Part shown: positions 11,098-23,584 of the stretch, one piece after another
How the letters are laid out: the number at the start of each line of letters is the position of its first letter
Position numbering within the stretch: the stretch's first letter is position 1
Source: an uncultured beta proteobacterium
Lineage (GTDB): Bacteria; Pseudomonadota; Gammaproteobacteria; Burkholderiales; Casimicrobiaceae
DNA length: 64,000 nt
Direction of reading: 5' to 3'
Assembly (NCBI GenBank): GCA_963810845.1
Contig: CAWEOX010000017.1
Span: 10,386 to 74,385 of the forward strand
Made by a program: the position numbers and the translations under genes
Notes under the pieces: model-generated
Told to the model about the DNA's origin: nothing
What the model saw: only the letters and a program-made list of their open reading frames with translations
The model's database searches: none

Positions 11098-12219
11098 TCA
11101 GCGCGCGAGGAGGATCCGCACCATCCGGCGCAGCGGTTCGGCGGCGCCCCACAGCAACTGGTCGCCGACCGTGAACGCGCCGAGGTACTCGCCCCCCATG
11201 TTCAGTTTGCGCAAACGGCCGACCGGAACCTCGAGCCGGCCGGTGACGGCCGCCGGCGTGAGCCGCTGGATGCTTTCGTCGCGGGTGTTGGGCACCACCC
11301 GCACCCAGTCGTTGGCGGAGGCCAGGATCTGCTCGATCTCGGGCAGCGGCAGATCGCGCTTGAGCTTGATCGTCAGCGCCTGGCTGTGGCAGCGCATCGC
11401 GCCGATGCGCACGCAGATCGAATCGACGGGAATCGCCGGCTTGCCCTTGGGGCCGCCGCGCCCCAGGATCTTGTTCGTTTCGGCGCCGCCCTTCCACTCT
11501 TCACGACTCAAGCCGCCGCCCAGATCCTTGTCGATCCACGGGATGAGGCTGCCCGCGAGCGGAACGCCGAAATGCTCGGTCGGAAAGCGCTCGTCGCGCA
11601 GCACGCCCGCGACTTCGCGGTCGATGTCGAGGATCGCGGATTCCGGATCGTCGAGCAGCTCCTTGGCGGCGAGATGCGCTTCGCCCATCTGCTGCAGCAG
11701 CTCGCGCATGTTCTGCGCGCCGGCGCCCGACGCCGCCTGGTAGGTCATGCACGTCATCCACTCGATCAGATCGTGGCGGAAGAGCCCGGCCAGCGCCATC
11801 ATCATCAGGCTGACGGTGCAATTGCCGCCGACGTAGTTCTTCACGCCCGCCGCGAGCGCCGCATCGATCACCTCGCGGTTGACGGGATCGAGGATGATCA
11901 CCGCGTCGTCCTTCATCCGCAGCGCGGACGCGGCGTCGATCCAGTAGCCGGTCCAGCCCGCGGCGCGCAGCTTCGGAAACGTGTCGTTCGTGTAGTCGCC
12001 GCCCTGGCACGTCACGATGACGTCCTGCGCCGCCAGCGCGGCGATGTCCTGCGCGCTCTTCAGCGGCTTCGCGCGCCCGCCGACCGCGGGACCCTCGCCG
12101 CCCGCCTTCGACGTCGAAAAGAATTCGGACTCGATGAGATCGAAATCCTTCTCTTCGCGCATCCGCTGCAACAGCACCGAACCAACCATTCCCCGCCAAC
12201 CGACGAATCCGACTCGCAT
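11098..12219 (-). CDS. asd: Aspartate-semialdehyde dehydrogenase
   Basis: ORF 11098..12336 trimmed to ATG 12219 ([20 protein letters not shown]...). Active-site region GGNCTVSLM. Confidence 0.9.
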   Translation of the reverse strand: MRVGFVGWRGMVGSVLLQRMREEKDFDLIESEFFSTSKAGGEGPAVGGRAKPLKSAQDIAALAAQDVIVTCQGGDYTNDTFPKLRAAGWTGYWIDAASALRMKDDAVIILDPVNREVIDAALAAGVKNYVGGNCTVSLMMMALAGLFRHDLIEWMTCMTYQAASGAGAQNMRELLQQMGEAHLAAKELLDDPESAILDIDREVAGVLRDERFPTEHFGVPLAGSLIPWIDKDLGGGLSREEWKGGAETNKILGRGGPKGKPAIPVDSICVRIGAMRCHSQALTIKLKRDLPLPEIEQILASANDWVRVVPNTRDESIQRLTPAAVTGRLEVPVGRLRKLNMGGEYLGAFTVGDQLLWGAAEPLRRMVRILLAR

Positions 12220-12241
12220 GATCTCTCTCGACTGTGAAAAT

Positions 12242-13333
12242 TTATCCGTGTTGTCCCGAACGGCCGGACTGGAGTGCCGCGACCACCGCCGCGCCCATGG
12301 CCCGCGTGCCGACGATGCGCTCGCCCGGCGTGGCAATGTCGCCGGTGCGCCATCCCGCGGCCAGCACCGCGCGCACCGCGTGCTCGATCCGGTCGGCGAC
12401 GTCCGCGCGGGCGAACGTGTACCGGAACATCATCGCCAGCGACAGGATCGTGGCGAGCGGATTCGCCTTGTCCTGCCCGGCGATGTCGGGCGCCGAACCG
12501 TGGATCGGCTCGTAGAGTCCCTTGTTGGCGGCGTCGAGCGACGCCGAGGGCAGCATGCCGATCGAGCCGGCCAGCATCGACGCCTCGTCCGAGAGAATGT
12601 CGCCGAAGATGTTGCCGGTGACGATCACGTCGAACTGCTTCGGATTGCGCACGAGCTGCATCGCCGCGTTGTCGACGTACATGTGCGACAGCGCGACGTC
12701 CGGGTGATCCGCGGCCATCGCGGTGACGACCTCGCGCCACAGGATGCTGGTGTCGAGGACGTTGGCCTTGTCGACCGAGCACAGCTTCTTGCCGCGCTTG
12801 CGCGCCGTCGCGAAGCCTACCGCCGCGATGCGGCGAATCTCGCTTGCGCTGTAGAGCATCGTGTCGAAGCCCTCGGCCTCGCCGGCGGCGTTGGTGCGCC
12901 GTCCGCGCGGCTCGCCGAAATAGATGTCGCCGGTCAGCTCGCGGATGATCATGAGATCGAGCCCGGCGACGACCTCGGGCTTCATCGTCGACGCGGCGGC
13001 GAGCTCCGGATAGAGCAGCGCGGGGCGCAGGTTGGCGAACAGCCCGAGCGCCTTCCGGATGCCGAGGATCCCCTGCTCGGGCCGCACGGCGCGGGGCAAC
13101 GTGTCGTATTGCGGCCCGCCGACGGCGCCCAGCAGCACGGCGTCGGCCGAGCGCGCGAGGCGCAGCGTGGCTTCGGGCAGCGGGTGGCCCGCCGCATCGT
13201 AGCCGGCGCCGCCGATCGGCGCGGTTTCGGTTTCGATCGGCAGGCCGTCGCGGCGCAGGAGGTCGAGGATGCGCACGGCCTCCCCCACGATCTCCGGCCC
13301 GATGCCGTCGCCGGGGAGAATCGCGATCTTCAC
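12242..13333 (-). CDS. leuB: 3-isopropylmalate dehydrogenase
   Basis: ORF 12242..13411 trimmed to GTG 13333 ([16 protein letters not shown]...). Motifs [14 protein letters not shown] and GSAPDIAGQ. Confidence 0.9.
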   Translation of the reverse strand: MKIAILPGDGIGPEIVGEAVRILDLLRRDGLPIETETAPIGGAGYDAAGHPLPEATLRLARSADAVLLGAVGGPQYDTLPRAVRPEQGILGIRKALGLFANLRPALLYPELAAASTMKPEVVAGLDLMIIRELTGDIYFGEPRGRRTNAAGEAEGFDTMLYSASEIRRIAAVGFATARKRGKKLCSVDKANVLDTSILWREVVTAMAADHPDVALSHMYVDNAAMQLVRNPKQFDVIVTGNIFGDILSDEASMLAGSIGMLPSASLDAANKGLYEPIHGSAPDIAGQDKANPLATILSLAMMFRYTFARADVADRIEHAVRAVLAAGWRTGDIATPGERIVGTRAMGAAVVAALQSGRSGQHG

Positions 13334-13444
13334 GCTAGCGACGTGAGCCTGGAAGCAGGGGCCCCACGAGCGCAGATGCGACCCGAGCGAATTGGCGCCA
13401 GCCGCCGACACGTCGTTTTGCGCGGCGCCGACAGCGGAAGGAGG

Positions 13445-14083
13445 CTAGACGAGCCACGGTTGCTCCGCCAGCCGCTTCGCCTCGAACGCGCGGATGGCCT
13501 CGGCGTGCTGCAGCGTGAGGCCGATGTCGTCGAGGCCGTGGATGAGGCAGTGCTTGCGGAACGGCTCGACGTCGAATGCGAAGGTCATCGACCCGTCCGG
13601 CGTCGCGACCTGCTGCCGCTCGAGGTCGATCGTCAGCTTGAATCCGGGAAAGGCCTTCACCGCCTCGAACAGCCGGTCGACCTGCGACTCGGGCAGCACG
13701 ATCGGCAGGAGGCCGTTCTTGTAGCAATTGTTGAAAAAGATGTCGGCATACGACGGCGCGATCAACGCGCGAAAGCCGTAATCCGCCAGTGCCCACGGCG
13801 CGTGCTCGCGCGAGCTGCCGCAGCCGAAATTGCGCCGCGCGAGCAGGATCTGCGCACCCTGGTAACGCGGTTCGTTGAGCACGAATTCGGGATTGGCCCG
13901 CCGCGTGCTGTTGTCCATCCCGGGCTCGCCGCGATCGAGATAGCGCCACGCGTCGAACAGGTTCGGCCCGAAGCCCGACCGCTTGATCGACTTCAGGAAC
14001 TGCTTCGGGATGATCGCGTCGGTGTCGACGTTGGCGCGATCGAGCGGCGCGACGAGCCCGGTGAGGAGACGGAACGGTTCCAT
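13445..14083 (-). CDS. leuD: 3-isopropylmalate dehydratase small subunit
   Basis: ORF 13445..14083 ([29 protein letters not shown]). Confidence 0.9.
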   Translation of the reverse strand: MEPFRLLTGLVAPLDRANVDTDAIIPKQFLKSIKRSGFGPNLFDAWRYLDRGEPGMDNSTRRANPEFVLNEPRYQGAQILLARRNFGCGSSREHAPWALADYGFRALIAPSYADIFFNNCYKNGLLPIVLPESQVDRLFEAVKAFPGFKLTIDLERQQVATPDGSMTFAFDVEPFRKHCLIHGLDDIGLTLQHAEAIRAFEAKRLAEQPWLV

Positions 14084-14090
14084 GGCCGGA

Positions 14091-14237
14091 TCAGTAGGTC
14101 TTCGCCTTTTCCGCCGCCTTCTCGACGCCGCCGCCCGCGGCCTTGATGTCCTTGCCCGCGCCCTCGATCGTGTTGCAGCCGGCCACCATCGACGCCACGC
14201 CGAGGATCGCCAGCAGTGCGACCAGTCTCTTGCCCAT
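14091..14237 (-). CDS. Entericidin A/B-family small lipoprotein
   Basis: Last 48 codons of ORF 14091..14456 from ATG 14237 ([35 protein letters not shown]...). Lipobox VAGC and an AAGGAG RBS upstream. A small gene between leuC and leuD is a known Burkholderiales arrangement. Confidence 0.6.
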   Translation of the reverse strand: MGKRLVALLAILGVASMVAGCNTIEGAGKDIKAAGGGVEKAAEKAKTY

Positions 14238-14257
14238 GTTCTCTTCTCCTTGACGAA

Positions 14258-15673
14258 TCACGACAGCCGACGCACGTCGACGAAATGCCCCGCGATGGCG
14301 GCCGCGGCCGCCATCGCCGGACTGACGAGGTGGGTGCGCCCGCCCGCTCCCTGCCGACCCTCGAAATTGCGGTTCGACGTCGAGGCGCAGCGCTCGCCCG
14401 GCTCGAGCCGGTCGTCGTTCATCGCGAGGCACATCGAGCAGCCGGGCTCGCGCCATTCGAAGCCGGCGTCGCGGAAGACCTTGTCGAGACCCTCACGCTC
14501 GGCCTGGGTCTTGACGAGCCCGGAACCGGGAACCACCAGCGCGAGCTTGACGTTCGCGGCCACGCGGCGACCGCGCGCGATCGCCGCCGCGGCACGCAGA
14601 TCCTCGATCCGCGAGTTGGTGCACGAGCCGATGAATACCTTGTCGATCCGGATGTCGCCCATCGGCGTGTTCGGCGCGAGCCCCATGTACGTGAGCGCGC
14701 GCTCGATGCCGTCGCGGCGGGCGGCGTCCTTTTCCTTGTCGGGATCGGGCACCCGTCCCTCGATCGACACTACCATCTCCGGCGACGTACCCCACGTGAC
14801 CTGCGGCGTCAGCGTCGAAGCATCGAGCGCGACCACCGTGTCGAACGTCGCGCCATCGTCGCTGCGCAACGTGCGCCAATGGGCGACCGCGCGGTCCCAC
14901 AGTTGCGCCGACGGCGCGAACGGCCGCCCGCGAAGGTATTCGATCGTCTTGTCGTCGACCGCGATCATCCCCGCGCGCGCGCCGGCCTCGATCGACATGT
15001 TGCAGACCGTCATCCTGCCTTCCATCGACAGCGCCTCGATCGCCGCACCGGCAAATTCGATCGCATGTCCGGAGCCGCCGGCGGTGCCGATCCTGCCGAT
15101 CACCGCGAGCGCCAGGTCCTTCGCGGTCACGCCGACCGGCAAGCGGCCGTCGACACGGACCAGCATCGCCTTCGCCTTCTTGGTGAGCAGGCATTGCGTG
15201 GCCAGCACGTGCTCCACTTCGGAGGTGCCGATGCCGAAGGCCAACGCGGCGAACGCGCCGTGGGTGCTGGTGTGCGAATCGCCGCACACGACGGTCATGC
15301 CCGGCAGCGTCGCGCCCTGCTCCGGGCCGATCACGTGAACGATCCCCTGGCGCTTGTCGCGGAACGGGAAATACGCCTTCGCGCCGGTGGCGCCGATGTT
15401 GGCGTCGAGCGTCTCGACCTGGGTGCGCGAAATCGGATCGCGGATGCCCTGGTCCCAATGCGTGGTCGGCGTGTTGTGATCGGCGGTGGCGACGATCGAT
15501 CCGGCGCGCCACGGCTTGCGTCCCGCGAGACGGAGTCCCTCGTACGCCTGCGGGCTCGTCACCTCGTGCACCAGATGGCGGTCGATGTAGAGCAGCGCCG
15601 TGCCGTCCGCCTCGCTGCGGACCACGTGGCTGTCCCAGAGTTTGTCGTACAGCGTGCGGGCGAGCATGGCCAT
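14258..15673 (-). CDS. leuC: 3-isopropylmalate dehydratase large subunit
   Basis: ORF 14258..15691. Likely start is ATG 15673 or 15667 ([18 protein letters not shown]...). Fe-S ligand regions VCGDSHT and GSCTNSR. Confidence 0.9.
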   Translation of the reverse strand: MAMLARTLYDKLWDSHVVRSEADGTALLYIDRHLVHEVTSPQAYEGLRLAGRKPWRAGSIVATADHNTPTTHWDQGIRDPISRTQVETLDANIGATGAKAYFPFRDKRQGIVHVIGPEQGATLPGMTVVCGDSHTSTHGAFAALAFGIGTSEVEHVLATQCLLTKKAKAMLVRVDGRLPVGVTAKDLALAVIGRIGTAGGSGHAIEFAGAAIEALSMEGRMTVCNMSIEAGARAGMIAVDDKTIEYLRGRPFAPSAQLWDRAVAHWRTLRSDDGATFDTVVALDASTLTPQVTWGTSPEMVVSIEGRVPDPDKEKDAARRDGIERALTYMGLAPNTPMGDIRIDKVFIGSCTNSRIEDLRAAAAIARGRRVAANVKLALVVPGSGLVKTQAEREGLDKVFRDAGFEWREPGCSMCLAMNDDRLEPGERCASTSNRNFEGRQGAGGRTHLVSPAMAAAAAIAGHFVDVRRLS

Positions 15674-15823
15674 CGGGGTTCGGGCGCGCAAACGCCCGGT
15701 CAGTTCGTTGCGAACCTGGGATTATTGCATAGCAGCATGCTGTCTGTCAGTCGGCGACACGCGCGGGTAGTGGGTCCACTACGCACGCGCGGCACGGCAG
15801 CGGCGATCGCGCGTCGGCCGCCG

Positions 15824-16774
15824 TCATCGAAGCGCTCCGCGCCGCGGAAGTCCTTGCCGTGCGAGGAAGGCCGCCACCGCGTCGGCGACGGCGGGCGCGT
15901 CGGCATCGAACGGTGTCGCCGCCCATGCCCGCAACCAGGTGAACTGGCGTTTGGCGAGTTGGCGCGTCGCGGCGATCCCCTTGGCCCGCATGGCCGCCGC
16001 GTCGATCCCGCCGTCGAGAAATTCCCACGCTTGCCGGTAGCCCACGCAGCGCATCGACGGGAGATCGGCGGAGAGCGCAAAGCGCAGCCGCAGCGCGCGC
16101 AATTCGGCGACGAGGCCCGCCGCGAGCATCGCGTCGAAGCGGCGCGCGATGGCCGCGTGCAGCCGTGCGCGATCGGGCGGCAGCAATGCGATCGGCACCG
16201 TCGGACCCGCGGCGGCCCCGGTTTCCCGCGCGCCTTGCAGCTGCGACAGGGGCGTGCCGGTCAGCTCGAACACCTCGAGCGCGCGTTGAATCCGCTGGGC
16301 GTCGCCGGGCGCAAGGCGGGCCGCGATGACGGGATCGATCCGCGCGAGGTCGGCATGCATCGCCGGCCAGCCGATTTCGCCGGCCCGGGCGTCGAGCCGC
16401 GCCCGCAGCGCCGCGTCTGCGGGCGGCAGCGCGCTGAGGCCGTCGGCGAGTGCCTTGAAATAGAGCATCGTGCCGCCGACCAGCAACGGCACGCGGCCGC
16501 GGGCGCGGATCGCGGTCATGGCCGCGAGCGCGTCGGTCCGGAAATGGGCGGCCGAATAGGCCTCCGTCGGATCGAGGATGTCGACGAGGTGATGGGCGAC
16601 GCGCGCCCGCGTCGCGGCGTCGGGTTTGGCGGTGCCGACGTCCATGCCGCGATAGACCTGCGCCGAATCGACACTCACGATTTCGACCGGGAAGCGATCG
16701 GCGAGCGCCAGCGCGAGCGCGCTCTTGCCCGACGCGGTCGGGCCCATCAGCAGCACCGCGGGTAGCGCGCTCAC
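15824..16774 (-). CDS. miaA: tRNA dimethylallyltransferase
   Basis: ORF 15824..16939 trimmed to GTG 16774, which overlaps the mutL stop (GTGA). P-loop [14 protein letters not shown], then [19 protein letters not shown]. Confidence 0.85.
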   Translation of the reverse strand: MSALPAVLLMGPTASGKSALALALADRFPVEIVSVDSAQVYRGMDVGTAKPDAATRARVAHHLVDILDPTEAYSAAHFRTDALAAMTAIRARGRVPLLVGGTMLYFKALADGLSALPPADAALRARLDARAGEIGWPAMHADLARIDPVIAARLAPGDAQRIQRALEVFELTGTPLSQLQGARETGAAAGPTVPIALLPPDRARLHAAIARRFDAMLAAGLVAELRALRLRFALSADLPSMRCVGYRQAWEFLDGGIDAAAMRAKGIAATRQLAKRQFTWLRAWAATPFDADAPAVADAVAAFLARQGLPRRGALR

Positions 16775-18582
16775 CGTCCGCGCATGAACAGCCGGTCGAG
16801 GTCGGCGAGGGCCAGCTGGTACCACGTCGGGCGGCCGTGATTGCACTGTCCCGCGCGCTCGGTCGCCTCCATCTCGCGCAGCAGCGCGTTCATCTCGGGG
16901 ATGGTCAGGCTGCGGTTCGCGCGCACGGAACCGTGGCACGCCATCGTCGAGAGCAGTTCGTCGCGATGCGCGGTCAGGACCTCGCTGCCGCCGAATTCGG
17001 CGAGGTCGGCGAGCACCGCGTGCGCGAGCGCGGCGGCGTCGGCATCGCCCAGGGCCGCGGGTATGCCGCGCACGGCCAGCGTCGCCGGGCCGAGCGCCGT
17101 GATCGAAAATCCGAGGCGATCGAGGGTCGCCGCATGTTCGGCGGCGGCGGCGGCTTCGAGCGGCGACGCCGCGAACGTCGCGGGGATCAGCAGCGGCTGG
17201 ATCGGCACCCGGGTGGCGAGCGCGGACTTGAGCCGCTCGTAGACGATGCGCTCATGCGCCGCATGCATGTCGACCAGCACGAGGCCGGCACGGTTCTGCG
17301 CCAGCACGTAGATGCCGTGCAGTTGCGCCAGGGCAAAGCCGAGCGGATGGTCATCGCCGGTGACGGGCAGGTCCGGGCCCCCACTCGGGCCCGCCGCGCG
17401 CGCCCCGAAAAGCGTGGCGTAAAACGCTGCCGGCTCGGTGGTCGCCAACGCCATCGGGCGCTGCGCCGTGAACAGCCCCGGCGACGAAGGCCACGCGCGC
17501 TGCCCGCCGGCGCGCATGTCCGGCTCCGGCGCGAGGGGCGGCGTTCGGGCCGCGGCCATGCCCAGCTTTTCAACCGCGGACACCGCGGGCTGCTCGGCGC
17601 CGGTCGCCGCCAGGGCGCGCTCGATCGCGTGGCGGATCGCCTGGTGCACGGCGCCGGAATCGCGAAAGCGGACCTCGATCTTCTGCGGATGGACGTTGAC
17701 GTCGACGAGCCGCGGATCGAGCGCGAGCCACAGCGCGTACGCCGGCTGGCGATCGTGGTGCAGAACGTCGCGGTAGGCCTCGCGCACCGCGTGCGCGATC
17801 ACGCGGTCGCGCACGAAGCGCCCGTTGACGAACGCGTATTGCGCATTGGCCTGCGTCGCGTAGGCGGGCCGGACGGCGAGCCCCGCGACCAGGAGCGGCC
17901 CGGCCTGCGCGTCGACGATCGCTGCGCCGGCGGCAAAGGCCTCACCGAGCAGCGCGTCGACGCGCGTGCGCCGTCCTTGCGCCAGCAGCCGGAACACGAC
18001 GCGGCCGTTGTGCTGCAGCGTGAAGCCGACGTCGGGATGCGCAAGCGCGATGCGGCGGAAGGCTTCCTCGCAGTGGCCCCATTCGGTGCCTTCGGCGCGC
18101 AGGAACTTCCGGCGCGCCGGGGTGTTGTAGTAGAGCTCCTGCACCGTCACCGTGGTGCCGCCGGCCAGCGCCGCCGGCTCTGTCGCACTGACGCTGCCGC
18201 CGTCCACCTCGATCCGCCACGCATGCGGGCGGCCCGCGGCGCGCGAAGCGAGGGCGAAGCGCGACACCGCCGCGATCGATGCCAGCGCCTCGCCGCGAAA
18301 GCCCAGCGTGGCGATCGCCGCCAGATCGTCGACGGTCGCGAGCTTCGACGTCGCGTGCCGCGCGACCGCGAGGGCGAGCTCGTCGCGCTCGATGCCCGCG
18401 CCATTGTCGGCGACGCGGATCCGCGTCCGGCCGCCGCCGGCGAGATCGACGTCGATCTGCGTGGCGCCGGAATCGAGCGCGTTCTCGAGCAGCTCCTTCA
18501 GCGCGGCCGCCGGGCGCTCGACGACCTCGCCGGCGGCGATCTGGTTGATGAGGTGATCGGGCAGCGCGTGGATTCCCGGCAT
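16771..18582 (-). CDS. mutL: DNA mismatch repair endonuclease MutL
   Basis: ORF 16771..18582. GHKL ATPase N-terminus ([31 protein letters not shown]) and C-terminal CNHGRPT. Confidence 0.9.
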   Translation of the reverse strand: MPGIHALPDHLINQIAAGEVVERPAAALKELLENALDSGATQIDVDLAGGGRTRIRVADNGAGIERDELALAVARHATSKLATVDDLAAIATLGFRGEALASIAAVSRFALASRAAGRPHAWRIEVDGGSVSATEPAALAGGTTVTVQELYYNTPARRKFLRAEGTEWGHCEEAFRRIALAHPDVGFTLQHNGRVVFRLLAQGRRTRVDALLGEAFAAGAAIVDAQAGPLLVAGLAVRPAYATQANAQYAFVNGRFVRDRVIAHAVREAYRDVLHHDRQPAYALWLALDPRLVDVNVHPQKIEVRFRDSGAVHQAIRHAIERALAATGAEQPAVSAVEKLGMAAARTPPLAPEPDMRAGGQRAWPSSPGLFTAQRPMALATTEPAAFYATLFGARAAGPSGGPDLPVTGDDHPLGFALAQLHGIYVLAQNRAGLVLVDMHAAHERIVYERLKSALATRVPIQPLLIPATFAASPLEAAAAAEHAATLDRLGFSITALGPATLAVRGIPAALGDADAAALAHAVLADLAEFGGSEVLTAHRDELLSTMACHGSVRANRSLTIPEMNALLREMEATERAGQCNHGRPTWYQLALADLDRLFMRGR

Positions 18583-18595
18583 CGCGGCGCGCGCG

Positions 18596-19303
18596 TCAGC
18601 GCTTTAGTCCCTGCGTCCAGCGCGCGTACACGTCGCCGGCCACGGCGTTGAGCGCGGCGATGCGCTCGGGGAGCCCCGCGCGAACGTCGGCGGCGCTAAA
18701 GAGCGCGGGCGCGGATGCCCGCGGCAGCTCGCTCGCGCCGGTCGCGAGCCACGTTTCGACGAGAGCGGACGTCATCTCGACGTGCCCTTGCATGCCGATG
18801 TGGCGGTCCGCCACGACGTACGCCTGGTTGGCGTTGAAGCGGTTGGTCAGCACCCGCGTCGCGCCGGCGGGCAACGCGAACGCCTCGTAGTGCCACTGGA
18901 ACGTCGTGAAGCGCGCGCGGCCGCCGAACCAAGCATGCCCGGCGCGCGCCTTGTCGACGTCGACGTCGATCCAGCCGATCTCCGGCGTGGGGGCGCGCCC
19001 GACCTCGGCTCCCAGCGCCTTCGCCAGCAGCTGTCCGCCAAGGCAGTGGCCGATGACGGGAACGTCCGCGGCAACCGCGTCGCGCAACAGCGAATCCACC
19101 GCGGAGGACCACGGCAGCGGATCATTGACGCTCATCGGACCGCCCATCAGCGCGATGCCGGCGAACGCGCGGGCGTCGGCCGGCACGGCCGCACCTTCGT
19201 CGAGAGCAACCAGTCGCCACGCGAAACCGCGCGCCTCGAGCCAGTCGGCGAAATAGGCGGGACCTTCGGTCGGGGAGAAACGCAGGATGGCGACGTCGCG
19301 CAT
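18596..19303 (-). CDS. Class I glutamine amidotransferase-like protein
   Basis: ORF 18596..19351 trimmed to ATG 19303 (MRDVAILRFSPTEGPAYF...). Nucleophile elbow VIGHCLGGQLL. Confidence 0.65.
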   Translation of the reverse strand: MRDVAILRFSPTEGPAYFADWLEARGFAWRLVALDEGAAVPADARAFAGIALMGGPMSVNDPLPWSSAVDSLLRDAVAADVPVIGHCLGGQLLAKALGAEVGRAPTPEIGWIDVDVDKARAGHAWFGGRARFTTFQWHYEAFALPAGATRVLTNRFNANQAYVVADRHIGMQGHVEMTSALVETWLATGASELPRASAPALFSAADVRAGLPERIAALNAVAGDVYARWTQGLKR

Positions 19304-19347
19304 GGAACGAGGAGGCCCTGCGCCTCCCGGATCACCGGGACGGCGCG

Positions 19348-20166
19348 TCAAAGACCGCGCGCGATCCGCGCGTACGCGGAATGGTTGTGGATGGACTCGA
19401 AATTCTCCGCTTCCACCACGAATCCGTCGACGCGCGCGTCGGTCTGCAGCCGGGCCGCGATGTCGCGGACCAGGTCCTCGACGAACTTCGGATTGTCGTA
19501 GGCGCGCTCGGTGACGTATTTTTCATCGGCGCGCTTCAGGATGCCGTAGAGCTCGCAGGAGGCTTCCTCTTCGGCAACGCGAATGATGTCGGTGAGGTAG
19601 AGCGACGCGCGCGGCGCGACCGTGATCGTCACCGTCGAGCGCTGATTGTGCGCGCCGTATTCGGAAATCTCCTTCGAGCACGGGCACAGCGACGTGACCG
19701 GCACCGCGACCGAGACGATCTGCCGGTACCGGCCGTCGACGAGCTCACCGGTGAGGCGGGTGGCGTAATCGAGCAGGCTCGCCACACCCGAGACCGGCGC
19801 GGTCTTGCGCACGAAGAACGGGAACGCGACCTCGATCCGGCCGCCCGGCGCCTCGAGCAGCACGACGAGCGCGTCGAGCAAGCCGTGGAAATTGGCCAGG
19901 GTGAGCGGCGGCTGGCCCGGGTCGGTGCGCGATTCGAGCAGCGCGACCAGGCGCGACATGTGCGTGCCCTTGCGGTCGGCCGGCAGCGCCACGTACACGT
20001 TGCAATCGGCGATCGTGGACTGCGCGACGCCGTCACGGTCGGCGAACAGCAGCGGGTAGCGCAGGCCCTTGATGCCGACCTGGTCGATCGCGAGCTCGCG
20101 CTCGTCGCTCCCGGATTGCACGTCGGCAATCGGGAACAGCGTCTGCGGGGTGTCGGGGCGGTTCAC
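19348..20166 (-). CDS. folE2: GTP cyclohydrolase FolE2 (type IB)
   Basis: ORF 19348..20166 ([13 protein letters not shown]..., [26 protein letters not shown]). Confidence 0.8.
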   Translation of the reverse strand: MNRPDTPQTLFPIADVQSGSDERELAIDQVGIKGLRYPLLFADRDGVAQSTIADCNVYVALPADRKGTHMSRLVALLESRTDPGQPPLTLANFHGLLDALVVLLEAPGGRIEVAFPFFVRKTAPVSGVASLLDYATRLTGELVDGRYRQIVSVAVPVTSLCPCSKEISEYGAHNQRSTVTITVAPRASLYLTDIIRVAEEEASCELYGILKRADEKYVTERAYDNPKFVEDLVRDIAARLQTDARVDGFVVEAENFESIHNHSAYARIARGL

Positions 20167-20233
20167 GGGGCAATTCTAACCGAGATCGGGAACGGTTCGG
20201 CCGTGCGGGCGCCTGCCCGCCACGCCGCGTGGG

Positions 20234-22126
20234 TCAGGCCGCGGGCTTGGACAGGGCATCCGCGCGGCGCTGTCCGAAGCGGGCGAGAATCGAGGCCGCG
20301 ATGCCGCGCGCGTCGAGTCCGCACTCGGCCAGGAGTTGCGCCGGGTCGCCGTGATCGACGAACCGGTCCGGCAGTCCGAGATGCAGCACCGGAATCACGA
20401 TCCCCTCGGCGGCGAGCGCCTCGGACACGCCGCTGCCGGCGCCGCCCGCGACCACGTTCTCCTCCACCGTCACGAGCGCATCGTGTTCGCGGGCGAGGCG
20501 CTGGATCAGCGCGATGTCGAGCGGCTTGACGAAGCGCATGTCGGCGACCGTCGCGTCGATCTCCTCGGCGGCGGCCAGCGCCGGGTGCAGCACGCCGCCG
20601 AACGCGAGGATCGCGACGCGGTTCGTCCGCCGCCGCGCCTCGCGGCGGATTTCGCCCTTGCCGATCGGCAATGCCGTCATCTCCGCGCACGGCACGACGC
20701 CGGGCCCCGCGCCGCGCGGATAGCGGACCGCGGTCGGGCCCTCATGCAGGTGCGCGGTGTAGAGGAGCTGCCGGCATTCGTTCTCGTCCGACGGCGCCAT
20801 CACCATCATGTTCGGCAGGCAGCGCAGATACGACAGATCGAATGCGCCGGCGTGGGTCGCGCCGTCGGCGCCGACGATGCCCGCGCGGTCGATGGCGAAG
20901 ACCACGGGCAGATTCTGCAGCGCGACGTCGTGGATCAGCTGGTCGTAGCCTCGCTGCAGGAAGGTCGAGTAGATCGCGACCACCGGCTTCAGGCCTTCGC
21001 AGGCGAGGCCGCCGGCGAACGTCACCGCGTGCTGCTCGGCGATGCCGACGTCGAAATAGCGGTCGGGGAATTCCCGCGAAAAGCGGACGAGTCCGGAGCC
21101 TTCGCGCATCGCCGGCGTGATCGCGACGACGCGCCGGTCGCGCGCCGCGACGTCGCAGAGCCAGTCGCCGAACACCTGCGTATACGCGGGCTTGCTCGGC
21201 GGCTTGACGATGACGCCGGCGGCCAGGTCGAACTTCGGGACGCCGTGGTAGAGAATGGGGTCGTCCTCGGCGCGCGCGTAGCCGTAGCCCTTGCGGGTGA
21301 CGACGTGCAGCAGCTGCGGCCCCTTCAGCTCGCGGACATTCGCGAGCGTCTTGATGAGCGTATCGAGATCGTGGCCGTCGATCGGCCCGATGTAGTTGAA
21401 GCCGAACTCCTCGAACAGCGTGCCGGGAAGGACCATGCCCTTCATGTGCTCTTCCCAGCGCTTGGCGAGCTCCTGCACCGGCGGCAGCCGGGAGAGCATT
21501 TCCTTGCCGCCGCGCCGGATGGAGTTGTAGGCGCGGCCGGACAGCAGGCGCGCGAGGTGGTTGTTGAACGCCCCCACCGGCTCCGAGATCGACATGTCGT
21601 TGTCGTTGAGGATCACCAGCATGTCGGCGCCGGCGGTGCCGGCATTGTTGAGCGCCTCGAAGGCCATCCCGGCGCTCATCGCCCCGTCGCCGATCACCGC
21701 GACCACCGCGCGCTCCTCGCCCTTCAGCCGCGCGGCGATGGCCATGCCAAGCGCCGCCGAGATCGACGTCGACGAATGCGCGGTGCCGAACGTGTCGTAC
21801 GGGCTCTCGATCCGGCGCGGAAAGCCCGACGGCCCGTCGGCCATCCGCAGCCGGCTCATCAATTGCCGGCGGCCGGTCAGGATCTTGTGCGCGTAGGTCT
21901 GGTGACCCACGTCCCAGACGATGCGGTCGTGCGGCGTGTTGAACGTGTAATGCAGCGCGATCGTGAGCTCGATGGTGCCGAGATTCGACGACAGGTGCCC
22001 GCCGGTCTGCGCCACCGACGTCAGCACGAACGCGCGCAAGTCGCGCGCCAGTTGCGGCAACGCGGCGCGGTCGAGCTTGCGCAGCGCCGCCGGGTCGTCG
22101 ATCAGCTCGAGGAGAGGAAATTTCAT
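20234..22126 (-). CDS. dxs: 1-deoxy-D-xylulose-5-phosphate synthase
   Basis: C-terminal 630 codons of ORF 20234..22738, from ATG 22126 ([18 protein letters not shown]...). TPP motif [18 protein letters not shown]. Its ATG overlaps the ispA stop (ATGA). Confidence 0.9.
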   Translation of the reverse strand: MKFPLLELIDDPAALRKLDRAALPQLARDLRAFVLTSVAQTGGHLSSNLGTIELTIALHYTFNTPHDRIVWDVGHQTYAHKILTGRRQLMSRLRMADGPSGFPRRIESPYDTFGTAHSSTSISAALGMAIAARLKGEERAVVAVIGDGAMSAGMAFEALNNAGTAGADMLVILNDNDMSISEPVGAFNNHLARLLSGRAYNSIRRGGKEMLSRLPPVQELAKRWEEHMKGMVLPGTLFEEFGFNYIGPIDGHDLDTLIKTLANVRELKGPQLLHVVTRKGYGYARAEDDPILYHGVPKFDLAAGVIVKPPSKPAYTQVFGDWLCDVAARDRRVVAITPAMREGSGLVRFSREFPDRYFDVGIAEQHAVTFAGGLACEGLKPVVAIYSTFLQRGYDQLIHDVALQNLPVVFAIDRAGIVGADGATHAGAFDLSYLRCLPNMMVMAPSDENECRQLLYTAHLHEGPTAVRYPRGAGPGVVPCAEMTALPIGKGEIRREARRRTNRVAILAFGGVLHPALAAAEEIDATVADMRFVKPLDIALIQRLAREHDALVTVEENVVAGGAGSGVSEALAAEGIVIPVLHLGLPDRFVDHGDPAQLLAECGLDARGIAASILARFGQRRADALSKPAA

Positions 22127-23007
22127 CGCTGGCGCAACACGATCCAGTCGGCGAGCTCGGCCAGGCGCCGGGCGGCGCCGGCAAACGGGGCAAGCGCGGC
22201 ATGGGCGTCGCGCCGCAGTGCCTCCGCCCGCGCCTTCGCCGCGGCAAGGCCCAAGAGCGACACGAACGTCGGCTTGCTTTGCAAGGCGTCCTTGCCGGCG
22301 GTCTTGCCCAGCGAGGCGGCGGAGCCCTCGACATCGAGCACGTCGTCGACGACCTGGAAGGCGAGCCCCGCGGCCTGCGCGTACGCGTCGAGCGCCGCGG
22401 TCTCGACCGGCGACGGCGGCCGTCCGCAGGCGGCGCCTAAGCGCACGGCGGCGCGGATCAACGCCCCGGTTTTCATCCGATGCATCGTTTCGAGCGCCGC
22501 GATGCCGAGCGTCGTGCCGACGGCCTCGAGGTCGATCGCCTGCCCGCCGGCCATGCCGCGCACGCCGGCGGCTTCCGCGAGCAGCGCGCAGGCCTCGCCC
22601 GGATCGGCCATGCGCCCGCGCGCGAGCACGCCGAACGCCTGCGCCTGCAGCGCGTCGCCGGCGAGCAGCGCCATCGCCTCGCCATACGCGACATGGCAGG
22701 TCGGCTTGCCGCGCCGCAGCGTGTCGTTGTCCATGCACGGCAGATCGTCGTGGACCAGCGAATAGGCGTGAATCAATTCGACCGCGGCGGCCGCCGTGTC
22801 GACGGTATCCGGGTTCGCGCCCTGGACCTCACCGGCCGCGTACGCAAGCAACGGCCGGACGCGCTTGCCGCCATCGAGGACGGCATAGCGCATCGCCCGA
22901 TGGAGCGCGGTGGCGCCGGCATCCGGGGGCAGCAGCTGGTCGAGGACGTGCTCGACCCGGCGCTGGCGCTCCTCCGACCAGACCTGCCACGCGAGATCAG
23001 GATTCAT
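22123..23007 (-). CDS. ispA: Farnesyl diphosphate synthase (geranyltranstransferase)
   Basis: ORF 22123..23007. Asp-rich motifs [12 protein letters not shown] and QVVDDVLD. Confidence 0.85.
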   Translation of the reverse strand: MNPDLAWQVWSEERQRRVEHVLDQLLPPDAGATALHRAMRYAVLDGGKRVRPLLAYAAGEVQGANPDTVDTAAAAVELIHAYSLVHDDLPCMDNDTLRRGKPTCHVAYGEAMALLAGDALQAQAFGVLARGRMADPGEACALLAEAAGVRGMAGGQAIDLEAVGTTLGIAALETMHRMKTGALIRAAVRLGAACGRPPSPVETAALDAYAQAAGLAFQVVDDVLDVEGSAASLGKTAGKDALQSKPTFVSLLGLAAAKARAEALRRDAHAALAPFAGAARRLAELADWIVLRQR

Positions 23008-23254
23008 CGTCGTCGGCGCGGCCGTCGCGGCCCGCGGATTCGAAGGCCTTCAGCACGCCTTTTTCGAGCACCTCGACCTGCAATTCCGCATCCTTCAGCG
23101 TCGTCTGGCAATACTGGAGCAGCACCGCGCCGCGCTGGTACGCGGCGAGCGACTCCGCGAGCGGCAGTTGTCCGCCCTCCATCGTAGCCACGATCGCTTC
23201 GAGTTCGGCAAGCGCGGCTTCGAAACTGGCAGGGGCGACGCTCGGCTGGGCCAT
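22997..23254 (-). CDS. xseB: Exodeoxyribonuclease VII small subunit
   Basis: ORF 22997..23254, 85 aa (FEAALAELEAIVATMEGGQLPLAESLAAYQRG). First gene of the conserved xseB-ispA-dxs operon. Confidence 0.8.
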   Translation of the reverse strand: MAQPSVAPASFEAALAELEAIVATMEGGQLPLAESLAAYQRGAVLLQYCQTTLKDAELQVEVLEKGVLKAFESAGRDGRADDDES

Positions 23255-23584
23255 CGGCAGGAGAGAAGGTTGGGACGGACGGCGGCGGGCCGCAAGCCGC
23301 CAGCAGGTTCAGCTCGAGGGGCTGTACGGGCCTAAAAACGGCAACTTCGCGCAACAGCGTCGAAAATGCATCTTGTACCGAACGTTGACCCGGCATAGAC
23401 AGGTCTTATATACTAACACGTTTTCTGTTTTTCTTGATCCGGCCTCAGCGAACCTTTCGCGCGCGGCCGACTTGGCAGAGCGGTCCGGGGCGGCCTGAAG
23501 TGGATTCGAGAGCCGTAATCGTCCCGGGTTGTTGGGTTGGGTTGGTTGGGTTTACACCTCAATACGCGACGAAACGGAGGGCTG

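Noticed and set aside
20234-22738. 834-aa ORF suggesting a much longer Dxs
   Set aside because: The first ~200 codons are Arg/Ala-rich and overlap ispA in another frame. The conserved Dxs N-terminus starts at ATG 22126, which overlaps the ispA stop.
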